A stretch of 64,000 bases of DNA from Octopus vulgaris. Taxonomy: Eukaryota. Within the stretch, counting starts at the first letter, position 1. Each line of letters opens with the position of its first letter. The notes under the pieces were generated by a model. The model was given only the letters and a program-made list of their open reading frames with translations. It ran no database searches and was not told the origin of the DNA. The position numbers and the translations under genes are program-made. Positions 1 to 15,698 of the stretch are shown here, piece after piece. The stretch covers positions 92,690,001-92,754,000 of the forward strand of contig OX597817.1 in NCBI GenBank assembly GCA_951406725.2, given 5' to 3'.

Positions 1-1236
1 TACCGGAGGTAGAGTAACATGCTTTGTTATTAAAGCTACAAAGACATCACAAAAATATCACAAAATCCTGCTACTCAGAGTTTCACGTTCCCGTTTGTCG
101 GGCAGTTTTAATCCAGAATGGAACAAGAATTTATGTTATACGTATAATGGAAGGCAAGGTTTGCGATATCGGGAGAATATCGCCTTCTCCCATTATATCT
201 TGTTCTTCGTGTAGTTCAGGCTCCGGCAGGTGAAGAAAGAAGTCTTTAAGTATAAATGCAATTTACAACCGGTTTATTTACAAGTTTCACAGAATAGGTG
301 AAGTGTGTTGCTCTCAGCAACCATCTCAAGCTGCGTGCGTTGTGTCGTATCTCCGTTAGTACAGGCACACTGCTTCTGGGGGTACAACATGCAGACAGGC
401 CCAGTCAGTGAAGTGTGCTCAGCAGCGCTGCTGCAAAGAAGCGGAGAGAGTGAAACTGTTTCTGTTTGGCCCTTATACACAGTTTGCCATCGCGAGCCTC
501 GTTGTGATCTCGCACATGGCAAATGGATGCAGGTGAAGTCTCGCTCTAGTCTCAGAGATGGCAATGGCTGCCACGAGATCTCATCCAATATAGTGCTGAC
601 TGCTTGTGCCGCTACATATGTATAATATATATTATGATGTAATTCACATTGACAGATACACATTTGATTTTGGTTTGTCGTTTCAACTAACGGTGTTTTT
701 AAAAAGCCGTGATAATCTACCTTTATAAAATAGGAAAAAACTTGACACTTTGGCTTAGGTAAGGATTCAATGGCACTAGATGTGCTAGGATCGAGCTGAA
801 AATTGTCAGTGATACTAAATGCGTGGTGAGGATCCGACCTGCGATGGTTAAAATTCGCAAGCTATAAAGATGTGGTTGCTATGGCAAAGAGAGTGAAAAT
901 TGACAAGTGTTTGTTGTTTCTCTCTAATGGTTATCATCCTTTCTTCTTCTATCTCTCTCTTTCCCCCTTCCCTCCTCTTTATCTCTATAACGGCTTTTCA
1001 CAGCTTCTACTCACTCTCTTTCCCCCTCCGTATTTGCTGTCTCTCTGTCGCTCTTTCTCCCCCAGCCCCCCCTCTCTCTCTCTCAGGCAAACTTTTCTAA
1101 TAGAAACCCCCCCGCCAACATATATAACCCTCTCTCCTTTTCTCTGTTACTCACATTTTCACTCACTGTTCAGTGAATAACAAAATTTCAGTTAACTCTC
1201 TCGCCCATATCGCACACCACATCAAAAACACACACG

Positions 1237-1284
<48 letters not shown>

Positions 1285-2649
1285 TACACACACACACACT
1301 CTCTCTCTCTTCCTCCCTCACACACACATGCACGCCCCTTGGCATGGACGAAAGGGATCAATCACTTTCACGACTTCAAAAGATCCGCTTTCCACCCCTC
1401 CAGAGATAAAATACAAACCATCTCGTACTGACTGCAAAAATCCCACCAAATTAGCAAGAAAAACACACACACACACACAAGTCCATTTCATATATCTTCT
1501 TTCACTTTCTGCTCTCTCATTACTCAGATGTCCAATACAATAGCTCTCACCTACATTTTCTTCTCTAAAAAATGTACGTGTCTATATTTTTATAAGCGTA
1601 TAATAATGACTTCTTCCATATTTCTCCACTTTCCCTTTGGCTGCTATTTCTACCAGATCTACCTACCATGTAGACATCTGAACTTCATTTTCATTCACAG
1701 ATTTCACATAATTTTTTCCATAAATCAACTATCGTAAAAATTTTCTACTATGACCTCACATTTTCTATGTATGTGTGTATACCTTAAAAGACGTCATGAG
1801 ATAGAGGTCCAATAGAATAGTTCTCAGAAACAGACTACGTATAAATTCTTTCTTCACAACTCTTGAAGCTGTTTTCTGCGAAGATATTTTCACTTCACTC
1901 ACTCTATCTTTCTTTCTCACCCTCTTTCTCTCTCACATACACACGCGCAAGCAAGCACGCCACACACACACGCACACATATACACACACACACGTCCATT
2001 TCACATATATTCTTTCAATTTCTGCCATCTGCAAATAAAATTTTTATGGATACAACTGCTTACAAAAATAGGGATTCAAGTATAATTTCTTTCTATGTCC
2101 ATAATTAAATAAATGTTTTAATGATTAGACAGAGGTCCAATACAATAGCTCTCAGTAACAGACTATCTACAAATTCTTTCTTCACAACTCCTGAAGCTGT
2201 TTTTTGACGGGGTGGGGGTGGGGGAGAAATTTTCATAAACCTAGAGGCTCCAATCGAAACAGGTAACTCGAAATGAAAAGGTTGAGAAATGCTGTTATAG
2301 ATTATGCCTAACCGAAGACGATTATAGTCACATCATTCAAACAGACCAGGTGAAACCGAGCTTATCTATATATATAAAACTGAGAATGTGTGTCTGTCTG
2401 TCTGTGTGAATCCCTAGGACTTGAGAACTACACAACCAATTTCATTCAAATTTTACACATGCCTTCCTTAGGGTCCATGTAGTGTCATGGGCAAAAAACA
2501 TCTTAAACTGTTTAACTAGAGTGAGCCCATAGAAATATCATATCTTCTCCACACCACTGGATTTAAATTCATATTAATCACATTAATATTCAATTTTTCA
2601 CCATTATTATTTTAAATTTAAATTTACACACACACACACACACAAACAT

Positions 2650-3463
<814 letters not shown>

Positions 3464-3497
3464 GTATAAAATACTTGTACATCATCTCCAAACTTTC

Positions 3498-3541
<44 letters not shown>

Positions 3542-4244
3542 ACACATACACACACACACATACACACACAAACACACAAACACACACACATACACACACA
3601 CATATATATATATATATAGAGAGATGTATACATATAGATGAATATGTATAGATGTATATATATATACATGTATATCTAGCGTTAGAGTAACCACATTTGG
3701 ACTCTCTCTCATGACTTGTATATACATATATATATGGATATATATATATATATATATATACATGTATATATATAGAGATGTATATGTATAGATGTATCTA
3801 TAGATATAGATGTATATGTATACATGTAAGTGCAGATGTATATATATATGTATAGAGATGTACATGAAATATGTACACATATATACATGCATACATAGAT
3901 ACACATGCACACATACATGCACACATACATACACACACATACACACACACACAAACAAACACATAAATAAGTGCAGGTGGGGCTGTGTAGTAACAAACTG
4001 GGTTACAAAACACATGGTCCTGAGTTGAAACCCACTGTGTGGTAACTTGGCATGTGTTTTCTGCTATATCTGTCTATCTGCCTGTCTAAAACTTAAGAAC
4101 TACATAACAAATTTCATTCAAATTTACAATGCATAATATTTAATTTTCAAAAACTCCAATTCTATAGGGTTGAAACAAACCCGAGCACCGTCGGGCGACA
4201 CTGCTAGTAATATATAAACTTAAAATTAAAATTAAAAGGCAGTT

Positions 4245-7200
4245 AATTTACAGGATAATACAGACAATGAAAAGACTGTGAAAGGACAATATAATGGTAA
4301 CAACAGTATTGCAATATGGACTTACATTTAAATTACAGGATAATGCAGACAATGGAAAGACTGTAAAAGGACAATATAATGGTAACAACAGTATTGCAAT
4401 ATGGACTGAAATTTAATTTCCAGGATAATGCAGACAATGGAAAGACTGTAAAAGAACAATATAATGGTGACAACAGTATTGCAATATGGACTTAAATTTA
4501 ATTTACAGGATAATACAGACAATGGAAAGACTGTAAAAGGACAATATAATGGTGACAACCGTATTGCAATATGGACTTAAATATAATTCATAGGATAATG
4601 CAGACAATGGAAAGACTGTAAAAGAACAGTATAATGGTGACAACAGTATTGCAATATGGACTTACAGTTAATTTACAGGATAATGCAGACAATGGAAAGA
4701 CTGTAAAAGAACAATATAATGGTGACAACAGTATTGCAATATGGACTTACATTTAATTTACAGGATAATACAGACGATAGAAAGACTGTAAAAGGACAAT
4801 ATAATGGTAACAACAGTATTGCAATATGGACTTACATTTAACTTACAGGATAATACAGACAATGGAAAGACTGTAAAAGAACAATATAATGATGACAACA
4901 GTATTGCAATATGGACTTACATTTAAGTTACAGGATAATGCAGACAATGGAAAGACTGTAAAAGGACAATATAATGGTAACAACAGTATTGCAATATGGA
5001 CTTAAATTTAATTTACAGGATAATGCAGACAATGGAAAGACTGTAAAAGAACAATATAATGGTGACAACAGTATTGCAGTATGGACTTACATTTAATTTA
5101 CAGGATAATACAGACAATGGAAAGACTGTAAAAGGACAATATAATGGTAACAACAGTATTGCAATATGGACTTAAATTTAATTTACAGGATAATGCAGAC
5201 AATGGAAAGACTGTAAAAGAACTGCATAATGGTGACAACAGTATTGCAATATGGACTTACATTTAATTTACAGGATAATATAGACAACGGAAAGACTATA
5301 AAAGGACAATATAATGGTGACAACAGTATTGCAATATGGACTTACATTTAATTTACCGGATAATACAGACAATGGAAAGACTGTAAAAGAACAATATAAT
5401 GGTCACAACAGTATTGCAATATGGACTTACATTTAATTTACAGGATAATACAGACAATGGAAAGATTGTAAAAGGACAATATAATGGTAACAACAGTATT
5501 GCAATATGGACTTACATTTAATTTACAGGATAATACAGACAATGGAAAGACTGTAAAAGGACAATATAATGGTTACAACCGTATTGCAATATGGACTTAA
5601 ATTTAATTTACAGGATAATGCAGACAATGGAAAGACTGTAAAAGAACAGTATAATGGTGACAACAGTATTGCAATATGGACTTACAGTTAATTTACAGGA
5701 TAATGCAGACAATGGAAAGACTGTAAAAGAACAATATAATGGTCACAACAGTATTGCAATATGGACTTACAGTTAATTTACAGGATAATGCAGACAATGG
5801 AAAGACTGTAAAAGAACAATATAATGGTGACAATAGTATTGCAATATGGACTTACATTTAATTTACAGGATAATACAGACATTGGAAAGACTGTAAAAGG
5901 ACAATATAATGGTAACAACAGTATTGCAATATGGACTTACATTTAATTTACAGGATAATACAGACGATGGGAAGATTGTGAAAGGACAATATAATGGTAA
6001 CAACAGTATTGCAATATGGACTTACATTTAATTTACAGGATAATACAGACAATGGAAGACTGTAAAAGGACAATAAAATGGTAACAACAGTATTGCAATT
6101 TGGACTGAAATTTAATTTACAGGATAATACAGACAATGGAAAGACTGTAAAAGGACAATATAATAATGACAACAGTATTGCAATAGGGACTTACATTTAA
6201 TTTACAGGATAATACAGACGATAGAAAGACTGTAAAAGGACAATATAATGGTAACAACAGTATTGCAATATGGACTTACATTTAACTTACAGGATAATAC
6301 AGACAATGGAAACACTGTAAAAGAACAATATAATGATGACAACAGTATTGCAATATGGACTTACAATTAAGTTACAGGATAATACAGACAATGGGAAGAT
6401 TGTAAAAGGACAATATAATGGCAACAACAGTATTGCAATAGGGACTTACATTTAATTTACAGGATAATACAGACGATAGAAAGACTGTAAAAGGACAATA
6501 TAATGGTAACAACAGTATTGCAATATGGACTTACATTTAACTTACAGGATAATACAGACGATGGGAAGATTGTAAAAGGACAATATAATGGTAACAACAG
6601 TATTGCAATATGGTCTTACATTTAATTTACAGGATAATACAGACACTGGAAAGACTGTAAAAGGACAATATAATGGTAACAACAGTATTGCAATATGGAC
6701 TTACATTTAATTTACATGATAATACAGACAATGGAAAGACTGTAAAAGGACAATATAATGGTAACAACAGTATTGCAATATGGACTTACATTTAATTTAC
6801 AGGATAATACAGACAATGGGAAGATTGTAAAAGGACAATATAATGGTAACAACAGTATTGCAATATGGACTTACATTTAATTTACAGGATAATACAGACG
6901 ATAGAAAGACTGTAAAAGGACAATATAATGGTAACAACAGTATTGCAATATGGACTTACATTTAACTTACAGGATAATACAGACAATGGAAAGACTGTAA
7001 AAGAACAATGTAATGATGACAACAGTATTGCAATATAGACTTACATTTAAGTTACAGGATAATGCAGAGAATGGAAAGACTGTAAAAGAACAATATAATG
7101 GTGACAATAGTATTGCAATATGGACTTACATTTAATTTACAGGATAATACAGACATTGGAAAGACTGTAAAAGGACAATATAATGGAAACAACAGTATTG

Positions 7201-7264
7201 CAATATGGACTTACATTTAATTTACAGGATAATACAGACGATAGAAAGACTGTAAAAGGACAAT
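4245..7264. repeat. 85-bp tandem satellite, ~35 units, running into the assembly gap
   Basis: Unit CAGGATAATACAGACAATGGAAAGACTGTAAAAGGACAATATAATGGTAACAACAGTATTGCAATATGGACTTACATTTAATTTA recurs at 4251, 4336, 4421 and onward. Confidence 0.97.
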
Positions 7265-7364
7265 NNNNNNNNNNNNNNNNNNNNNNNNNNNNNNNNNNNN
7301 NNNNNNNNNNNNNNNNNNNNNNNNNNNNNNNNNNNNNNNNNNNNNNNNNNNNNNNNNNNNNNNN
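7265..7364. other. Assembly gap (100 N, true size unknown)
   Basis: Run of N. Confidence 1.
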
Positions 7365-7469
7365 AAAACTATCCCAGATGGAAAAACATTTATGACTCAA
7401 GATAGATGCAATATTTGTCGATGTTCAAATGGAAATGTCAGGTGTACCAAATACGATTGTTATAAAGAG
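7365..7469 (+). CDS. 3' end of exon 2 of pacifastin/VWC-repeat gene, copy 1 (5' part lost at the gap)
   Basis: Encodes KTIPDGKTFMTQDRCNICRCSNGNVRCTKYDCYKE, then donor GTGAGT. Differs from copy 2 by V>I and K>R. Confidence 0.85.
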
Positions 7470-8119
7470 GTGAGTAAAGTTTTCTATTAGTTTTGGATCT
7501 CCCTAATATAACGTGTCTCATCCTTATATAGTTAGTCATTGTAAACAGAGAAAACAACAAAGAATTGAATAATGTTTAGCATAAACATTGCAATGCTCTC
7601 ACTGTACTACACTCTACTACATTGTCGTACAAACAAAATTGTATCAGCGATTCGATGTCTGTCTTTATTTGAAGTAGTTCAATTTCATTGACCCTACCAT
7701 TATCTTGAAGAAAGCCAATGTTCTCTTCATTGTAAACACGTGATTTTGTATATCTGCATATATTCATTATCTATATGAAAATTATTAACTTTCAATGTTT
7801 CAACTAACTTTATTGCTACTCTTGTGAAATCAACAGACTAGCATTCACATTGCATCAACATTGTAAGTAGCATTGCGATACAGAATTGTAAATTTTACTA
7901 TATATTATCTCACGTTTCAGAATATAGTTCGTGAGTTAAGCTTTTCTGCGCCTGGTGAAATATTCATACTTTGTTGTAAAAGAATGTGATATATACATCT
8001 AATCTAATATACACATTTTGAAATATAAATCCAACTTGATACTTAGTCTATGTTATTGTTTTAATTTGTATGTCCAATCTAATAAATATATTGATTTCTT
8101 GTAATTTTATTCTTTTCAG

Positions 8120-8134
8120 AGGCGACGTTACTGA
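8120..8134 (+). CDS. Terminal coding exon of copy 1 (RRRY-stop)
   Basis: TTCTTTTCAG|AGG CGA CGT TAC TGA, phase 0 matching the upstream donor. AATAAA at 8200-8205. Confidence 0.7.
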   Translation, partial: RRRY

Positions 8135-9251
8135 TGAAGAACAGTTAATTTATATTGATATTTTTAAGAATTGTAAATATTACAAACATAACGTTTTTAA
8201 ATAAAACATATATCTGCCGAACCTCTTTGTTTGATTTATAACTGTTTGATTCAATACCATTTTAGATAATCAAGTAATCTATTTGAAGATCTGTGATAAA
8301 AAGCATTTCAGTACTTCAATATATGAATGATTTGTTGTTAACTACTTGTCTGATGGTTGTTGTCATATCTCATCATGGAATGCATCTTACACTCGACCAC
8401 AGTTGCTATGTATGCCTGTTAAGCTTCTACATGTGTTTCGAGAGACTGCACAAACAAAGTTGCTTATAGGTATATCAGTATGCAGAAGCATATTCTGATA
8501 TAATATATTGTGTTTAGTTAAACCACTTCCGGACTGCAAACATTTCCACGTCCTATTGCATGTCACGCAATGTATAATTATGAACATACAATAGTCGTCT
8601 TTTTTACGAATTTGTTGATGACTGATGAGCGCAGCATCGGAAAGTCATATGCGGCCACAAATAATATTTGTTGGGTCAAGACATGAGACAAGTAAATCCT
8701 GAGGGAAGCAGTTGCTTTCTGAAGTCTTTTCATATTTCCTTGTCTAGGAATCAATAAAAGCTGAGTATGCTGCCCAAGGAAACAAACTCGTCTACTATTT
8801 TCAGATCTGTTACTTCAACTTATGCTTCCTTGCGTAGTTTGGAATATAACAAGTAAACTTGCTCAGACTAATGCCGATTATATATACCTTACAAGATACA
8901 AAAAATAATTCAAGAACACACACACACGCACGCACACAGACACTTACACAGATACATACACATGCACAAACACATACACAAACACCCAAAAACACACACG
9001 CACACACAAATACACACACACACAGGAATATACTCACATCCACGCACACATGACTCCACACATATATACACATAATTGCATACGCATATTTGACAAGACT
9101 CTTTTCGTTTCCGCCTACGAAATCCACTTACAAGCTTCACGAGTGGCCTGATGTTATACTAGATGTCAGTCACAAAAGCAGCTGTGTAATGGGGCTTAGC
9201 CCAGAACCACATTGTTCGTATGTCAGAAACACATACCAAACCTCTATGTTG

Positions 9252-9283
<32 letters not shown>

Positions 9284-10117
9284 TCTATTTACTTATCTGC
9301 CTGTCTTTCTGTATGTCTGTTTGTCTATCTATCTGTATATATATGTGTGTGTGTGTGTGTGAGTGAATGCCTGTGTATGCGTGTGTGTGAATATGTGTGT
9401 TTGAATGTGTGTGTGTGAGTGTGTGTGTTTATATATTTATATATAGAATCAACAGATGGGATCCAATGATTCTAATTACAGAAAACACTTTGTCGCCCTC
9501 AAATGATTTCAGCTTACACCCGGAAACTTTTAACGTGGATGATAGATATTTATATATTAACAGACGATCAATATTCAAGTATAAATATATAGATATTTAT
9601 ATATTAAATTAAGGATGTATATTCAAGTATAAATTTATAGATATTTATATATTAACAGACGATAAATATTCAAGTATAAATATATAGATATTAACAGACG
9701 ACGATTATTCCAAGAACAAATATATTAATGTTTATATATTAACAGAGCAAATTTACACAGAACAATTCTATTTTGATATATCCTAGCATCAGGGTCTGAA
9801 ATGACAAATTTTTATCTCTCTATCTTAAAGACCCAGGTCGGATCTATCCAATGTTTATTTGTTTCCATTACTGGTTTATATTCTGGTGAACTACATCAGC
9901 TAACATTATGAAATAATCCTATTCCGAATCTTTCTCCCTCCAAGTTAAATCTCTACCTAAACTTTTCTTTAAAATCCTAAAATCTACCTTCCCATCAAAC
10001 CTTAGATATTACCTTATCTTCAATAAAACATCTATTAAAATCTCGCATTCGACCACACCTAATTTAGGATCCATAATTTGTTTATCCACAAAATTGTACG
10101 TATGTATATGTGTGTGT

Positions 10118-10173
<56 letters not shown>

Positions 10174-10579
10174 GTATATATATATATATACATATATATA
10201 CATACATGATTATATAAATACATACATACCTACCTACATACATACATTATATATGTACCTATGTACCTATCCGTTTGGAGGGATGAATGGTTTTTCGAAC
10301 CTTTTATCTTGTACCAGCATCAAGTAAAGAGAAGAGAGGTAACTCTGATTTAACAAAGAATTACCTCCGAACTAAGAGATGAGATTTCATAGGAATCCAA
10401 TCAAAACATTGTGAATCATGACGCTTTTCGGCAGCCCAGCTAAGATAAAATGTGGATTAGAAGCACCAATCACTGACTGAGAATATGCAATACTTACTTG
10501 TTCAAATGAGATATGCCTGAGAGATATTTAAATGCGTTAATGTACATCCTCGTTATTGAGAAAATAGTTAACACCATTT

Positions 10580-11200
10580 TGTCTAGGGTCCTTCTAAAGC
10601 GATACGCCAGTTCACCTCCAGAAAATAGGGAAGGCCAACTCTTGTTATGATAGCCATAAATACCAGAGTGTCATGTTTGTTGACACCACCCTTGGAGGTG
10701 ACCTGGCGTATCGCTTTAGAAGGACCCTAGACAAACTTAAGCTAAGAATTAAGGTTGTTGAAAAGCCAGGCAACCCTATCAAATCTATAATTGGTAGAAC
10801 CTATCCTTTTAGTAGAACCCCTGTACAGATAGGTACTGTACTGTATGTAGATTTAGCTCACAAACAAACTGTAAAGCCAGTAATGTAGTCTATAGTATAA
10901 GATGTATAGAGGGGCGATGCAGTAACAAGACAACGACATACGTAGGGGAAACGGCAAGAAGCATAGGAGAGCGGGTAAATGTGCATTGGAGACAACTCAA
11001 GGAAGGTAAAAGCTCATCGATTCTGTACCAACACGCCGAACAAGAACACGGGGGATCAATCAATAACATAGAAATTTAAAATATTATCCACACATAGATC
11101 AGATGCAACAATTAGACAAATTACAGAAGCTACACACATAATAGAAAATAAACCTAGCCTGAATAGAAAACTAGAATGGAGCACTAACACACAACATATG
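10580..11200 (+). mobile_element. Penelope-like element 3' remnant (GIY-YIG endonuclease), frameshifted
   Basis: Translates to ...KLRIKVVEKPG... and then NVVYSIRC...YVGETARSIGERVNVH...RQITEATHI...PSLNRKLEW. Confidence 0.75.
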
Positions 11201-12196
11201 ACGATAGAGTATCCTGAAAACATAATAAATACACAGATAAATAAATAAATAAATAACTATATATATATGTATGTGTGTGTATATGTATGGATATATATGT
11301 GCGTGTGTGTGTTTGTTTACGTATTTATATATGTTTATATACATACATATATATATGAGCGTGAGCATGTATATATTTTTTGTATTTTGAAATTAGCTAT
11401 TTCATCTTTAAATGTTTCGACTGGAGATGGTTTGGGCCATGTTTAGTTTAATGGCGTAATTTGTATTGGATGGTAGTTCCCATTCATAATTTTGTTTATA
11501 GTACTTGTGGTATTTATTTGGTGCTATATTACTAAGAATGGAGTGTTTATATGGGTGTGTGGTTGAGTGTCTGCGGCTGCTGGATGTTGTTTCTCCTCTG
11601 TGTTGGTGTCTTGCTGAGAGTGTGCGTTTATGAATGAGTGATTGTGTGTGTGTGTGTGTGTGTGCGGGTGTGCATGGGTGGAGTGTGGAAGTGTGGGGCT
11701 GCATTGTGGGATATGTCCGTGTATGTGTGTGTGTGTGTGTATGTATGGATGTATGTGTGTGTGCGTGTGTGTTTGTGTGCGTGTTTATGTGTGTTTATAT
11801 GCATACATATGTATATGAGCGTGAGCATGTATATATATTTTTTGTATTTTGAAATTAGCTATTTCATCTAAATATGAGAAATTAAATATATTAGGTTTTC
11901 ATTATATACTATCGTTTATAGAGATTATTTTAGATTTTGATTATAATATTTATATATTTTTTCATTGATAATTTATATATATTAGTCATTTCAAATATCT
12001 ATATAAGCAGATATAGACAAAAATGGATATTAGAATATGGATTTTCTTCCTTATAAATTAAAGTTAATATTTAACATTATAGTTGATTTTGATATAATTA
12101 TATTTATTAATAGAGTTTATTATAAGTAAATTATTTTTTTTAGATTATATAGATTATCTATATCTTAAAAATATTGATTATATTTTAAATTTGAAA

Positions 12197-12260
12197 CCAC
12201 CTGAAGAATGTCTACTACTCAAAGATGTGATGAAAAGAAGACATGAAACGATCGTAGTGG
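12197..12260 (+). ncRNA. Type I hammerhead ribozyme motif
   Basis: CCAC-CTGAAGA-ATGTCT...AGACAT-GAAAC-GATC-GTA-GTGG. Stems I and II pair, stem III is palindromic, and the cleavage triplet is GUA. Confidence 0.8.
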
Positions 12261-14350
12261 ATATTAATAATTGTTTTAAATTTCTAAATTATATAAATTA
12301 ATTTATGTATTGGATTAAGTCTTTCTTGTATATGTATGTATGAGTGTGCATATGTGTATGGGTGTAAGTGTGTGTATATATGTGTGTATATATGTATTTG
12401 TACATGTATATATGTGTATGTGTATAAGTGTATATATGTATATGTACATGTATATGTATGGATATTTTCTTATATATTTATGTATACGTATGTATGGTTA
12501 TACTATAAATTTTGATTAGTATAGATAGATTTGTTATGATCACTAATTTCAGATTATGATATAAGGGTATGGGAAATAATTTATAATATGTAGTGGGATT
12601 ACTATATTAATTTATTTATGTATTAATTAATCTCATAAGATTTTTAGAATTTATTTAATAATAAGTGGTTTTTAATCATTTAATTTATTTTGTATTAAGT
12701 TTCATTTATCATAATTATTTTATTAATAAATATTATAGTATAGAGAGATTTTATTCTCTATTTGTGAATTTATTCTTTTTACAATGATAAACATATAATT
12801 TTCCATTCATAATCTTTAAATAACGTTGGTTCCTCACGCGCAAAGAATTTATCAAAAATTTATTCTATTTTTTGCTAATAGCGTAATCCTATGAGTTTTC
12901 TCTTAAACGCTGTTTAAGACGTTTGTGATTTAAAATTAGTTCATAGTTTAAACTCGCCAAGAATGTATGTATCTTTTAAGATCTTCAAACTGTTAATTTT
13001 TAATATTGTATAACCTTTAAGGAGTAATAATATTCTCCTTATGTTAATATTGTTGTTTATGTAATGATCTATTTATCGTATTTTTCTATGTTATTAGATA
13101 TTACATAAATTAGATAAATTTTGATAAATTAGTTAGGTCTTGACTTAGGATGGTTTGGGCCATGTCTGATTTGATAGCATAGTTTATATTGGATAATTGT
13201 TCCCATTCATAATCTTGTTTTGGTACTTATGGTATTTGTTTGGTGCTATTGGGAATGGAATGTTTCTGTGAGTGTGTGGCTGGGTATCTGCGGCTGCTGG
13301 ATGTTATTTCTCCTCTGTGTTGGTGTCTTGCTGTGTGTGTGCGTTCGTGGCTGAGTGATTGTGTATGTGTTTGTGTGCGAGTATGCATAAGTAATGTGTA
13401 GAAGTATAGGGCTGCATTATAAAATATATCCGTGTCTATATGTATATGTGTATGTGTGGATATATGTGTGTGTTTGTGTGTGTGTGTTTGTTTACGTGTT
13501 TATATATCTTTATATACATACATATATATGAGCGTGAGCATGTATATATTTTTTGTATTTTGAAATTAGCTATTTCATCTTTAAATGTTTCGACTGGAGA
13601 TGGTTTGGGCCATGTTTAGTTTAATGGCGTAATTTGTATTGGATGGTAGTTCCCATTCATAGTTTTGTTTATAGTACTTGTGGTATGTATTTGGTGCTAT
13701 ATTACTAAGAATGGAGTGTTTATGTGGGTGTGTGGTTGAGTGTCTGCGGCTGCTGGATGTTGTTTCTCCTCTGTGTTGGTGTCTTGCTGAGAGTGTGCGT
13801 TTATGAATGAGTGATTGTGTGTGTGTGTGCGGGTGTGCATGGGTGGACTGTGGAAGTGTGGGGCTGCATTGTGGGACATGTCCGTGTCTGTGTGTGTGTA
13901 TGTATGGATGTATGTGTGTGTGTGTGTTTTTGTGCGTCTTTATGTGTGTTTATATGCATACATATGTATATGAGCGTGAGCATGTATATATATTTTTTGT
14001 ATTTTGAAATTAGCTATTTCATCTTTAAATATGAGAAATTAAATATATTAGGTTTTCATTATATACTATAGTTTATAGAGATTTTAGATTTTGATTATAA
14101 TATTTATATATTTTTTCATTGATAATTTATATATATTAGTCATTTCAAATATCTATATAAGTAGATATAGACTAAAATGGATATTAGAATATGGATTTTC
14201 TACCTTATGAATTAAAGTTAATATTTAACATTATAGTTGATTTTGATATAATTATATTTATTAATAGAGTTTATAATAAGTAAATTATTTTTTTTAGATT
14301 ATATAGATTATCTATATCTTAAAAATATTGATTATACTTTAGATTTGAAA

Positions 14351-14414
14351 CCACCTGAAGAATGTCTACTACTCAAAGATGTGATGAAAAGAAGACATGA
14401 AACGATCGTAGTGG
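14351..14414 (+). ncRNA. Type I hammerhead ribozyme motif (second copy)
   Basis: Identical to 12197-12260, 2154 bp downstream. Confidence 0.8.
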
Positions 14415-14517
14415 ATATTAATAATTGTTAAATTTCTAAATTATATAAATTAATTTATGTATTGGATTAAGTCTTTCTTTGTTTGATTTGCATAATAGTG
14501 GTTTTGTCTCTAATTTG

Positions 14518-14560
<43 letters not shown>

Positions 14561-15096
14561 TCGATTCAATTTATTATTATTACTACTAGTATTGTTGTTA
14601 TACATACATACAAGCATATGTAATGATAATAATGGGTGGATGTAAACACATGAACAAAATAAGAATAAGCAAAAACAACAAAAACAAAAACGAAATCAAA
14701 AAACAAGAAACAAAAAAAATTACAAAATACAAAATACAAATTACATGAACATAAAATTACAAATTACATGAACATATATAAACAGAAGATACAAATATTA
14801 CAGGCATCCCCCACATACACACACTAAATAAACATAAACGCACATAGAGATATAAGCATGCGCAAATGAAGACATACAATAGAAATACAAAATGGCTGAC
14901 GGTTAGTAAGGAGAGACACAAATAAGTGAGCAGAAAACAAAGGACCACTGATGCGGTCACAGGAGTGTGAGGAAAGAACTCTGGCCGAAAAAAGATTAAG
15001 ATTAATGTAAAAAATAAATAACACTGAAGCAAAGTAACACCAAATATATAGTGCGTGTGTTTTTATTGGCTAAACTGGCGAAATGACCATTCCGAA

Positions 15097-15148
<52 letters not shown>

Positions 15149-15301
15149 GTTACATACATACATATATACATACATTTATGTATATATATGTGTGTGTGTT
15201 GTGTGTGTGTGTATATAAATATAAACAAAGGGTAACAATTTTTAAAAATAAAATTTTTACAATTGGTCAGAATGCTTATTAAATGTCAGAGGAAATATAT
15301 A

Positions 15302-15698
15302 TCTATATATATAAAAGTGAAGTTGTGTGAGTGTCTGTCTCCTACGAATTAGATTCCTAACTACTCCCACATTTTGCGGTGCAGTTTAACCAAAACCGGG
15401 TATCTTGTAGTCGTGATTTATACCGAGCCGTTCTGGGTATTAGCGCGCGTCTACGATGAGTCTACGATTTTAAAAATAATTTAACATAATATTTTTCCAT
15501 TTTAAAGCATATGTTTTCAATAAAGGGAAGTAACTCTCTAAAAATGTCTACGATGAGTCAACGATTTTAAAAAAAATTTACCATAATTTTTTTTTCCATT
15601 TTTAATGCATTTTTTGCTATTTTTTGGCTATAACACTCTAAAAATGCTTTATAGTTATTTCCCTTACAAACCCGAGCAACGCCGGGCGATACTGCTAG
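15302..15698 (+). mobile_element. Non-autonomous Helitron (397 bp)
   Basis: 5' TC, 3' hairpin CCCGAGCAACGCCGGG plus CTAG. Inserted at A|T with no TSD; the empty site is visible in the inverted arm at ~40650-40668. Confidence 0.9.

Larger units (their letters stand above)
11230..14480 (+). repeat. Direct duplication (~11230-12330 vs ~13500-14480) with ~430-bp internal subrepeats; probable Penelope-like terminal repeats
   Basis: Near-identical blocks, each ending in a hammerhead motif. Confidence 0.8.

Noticed and set aside
24-663. GC-richer stretch with ORFs of 69-129 aa
   Set aside because: No recognisable domain or splice support; cannot classify.
4245-7264. CRISPR-like regular array
   Set aside because: Whole 85-bp units repeat with no unique spacers; there are no cas genes and the context is eukaryotic.
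4245-7264. Satellite derived from the Cys-repeat exon (CAATATAATGGTAA resembles CAGTATAATGGTAA)
   Set aside because: Only a short AT-rich match. The 85-bp period does not fit 111-bp modules, and a gap of unknown size separates the two.
8618-8652. CTGATGA...GAAA hammerhead-like string (mirror at ~46422-46455)
   Set aside because: No convincing stem II or stem III and no NUH site.
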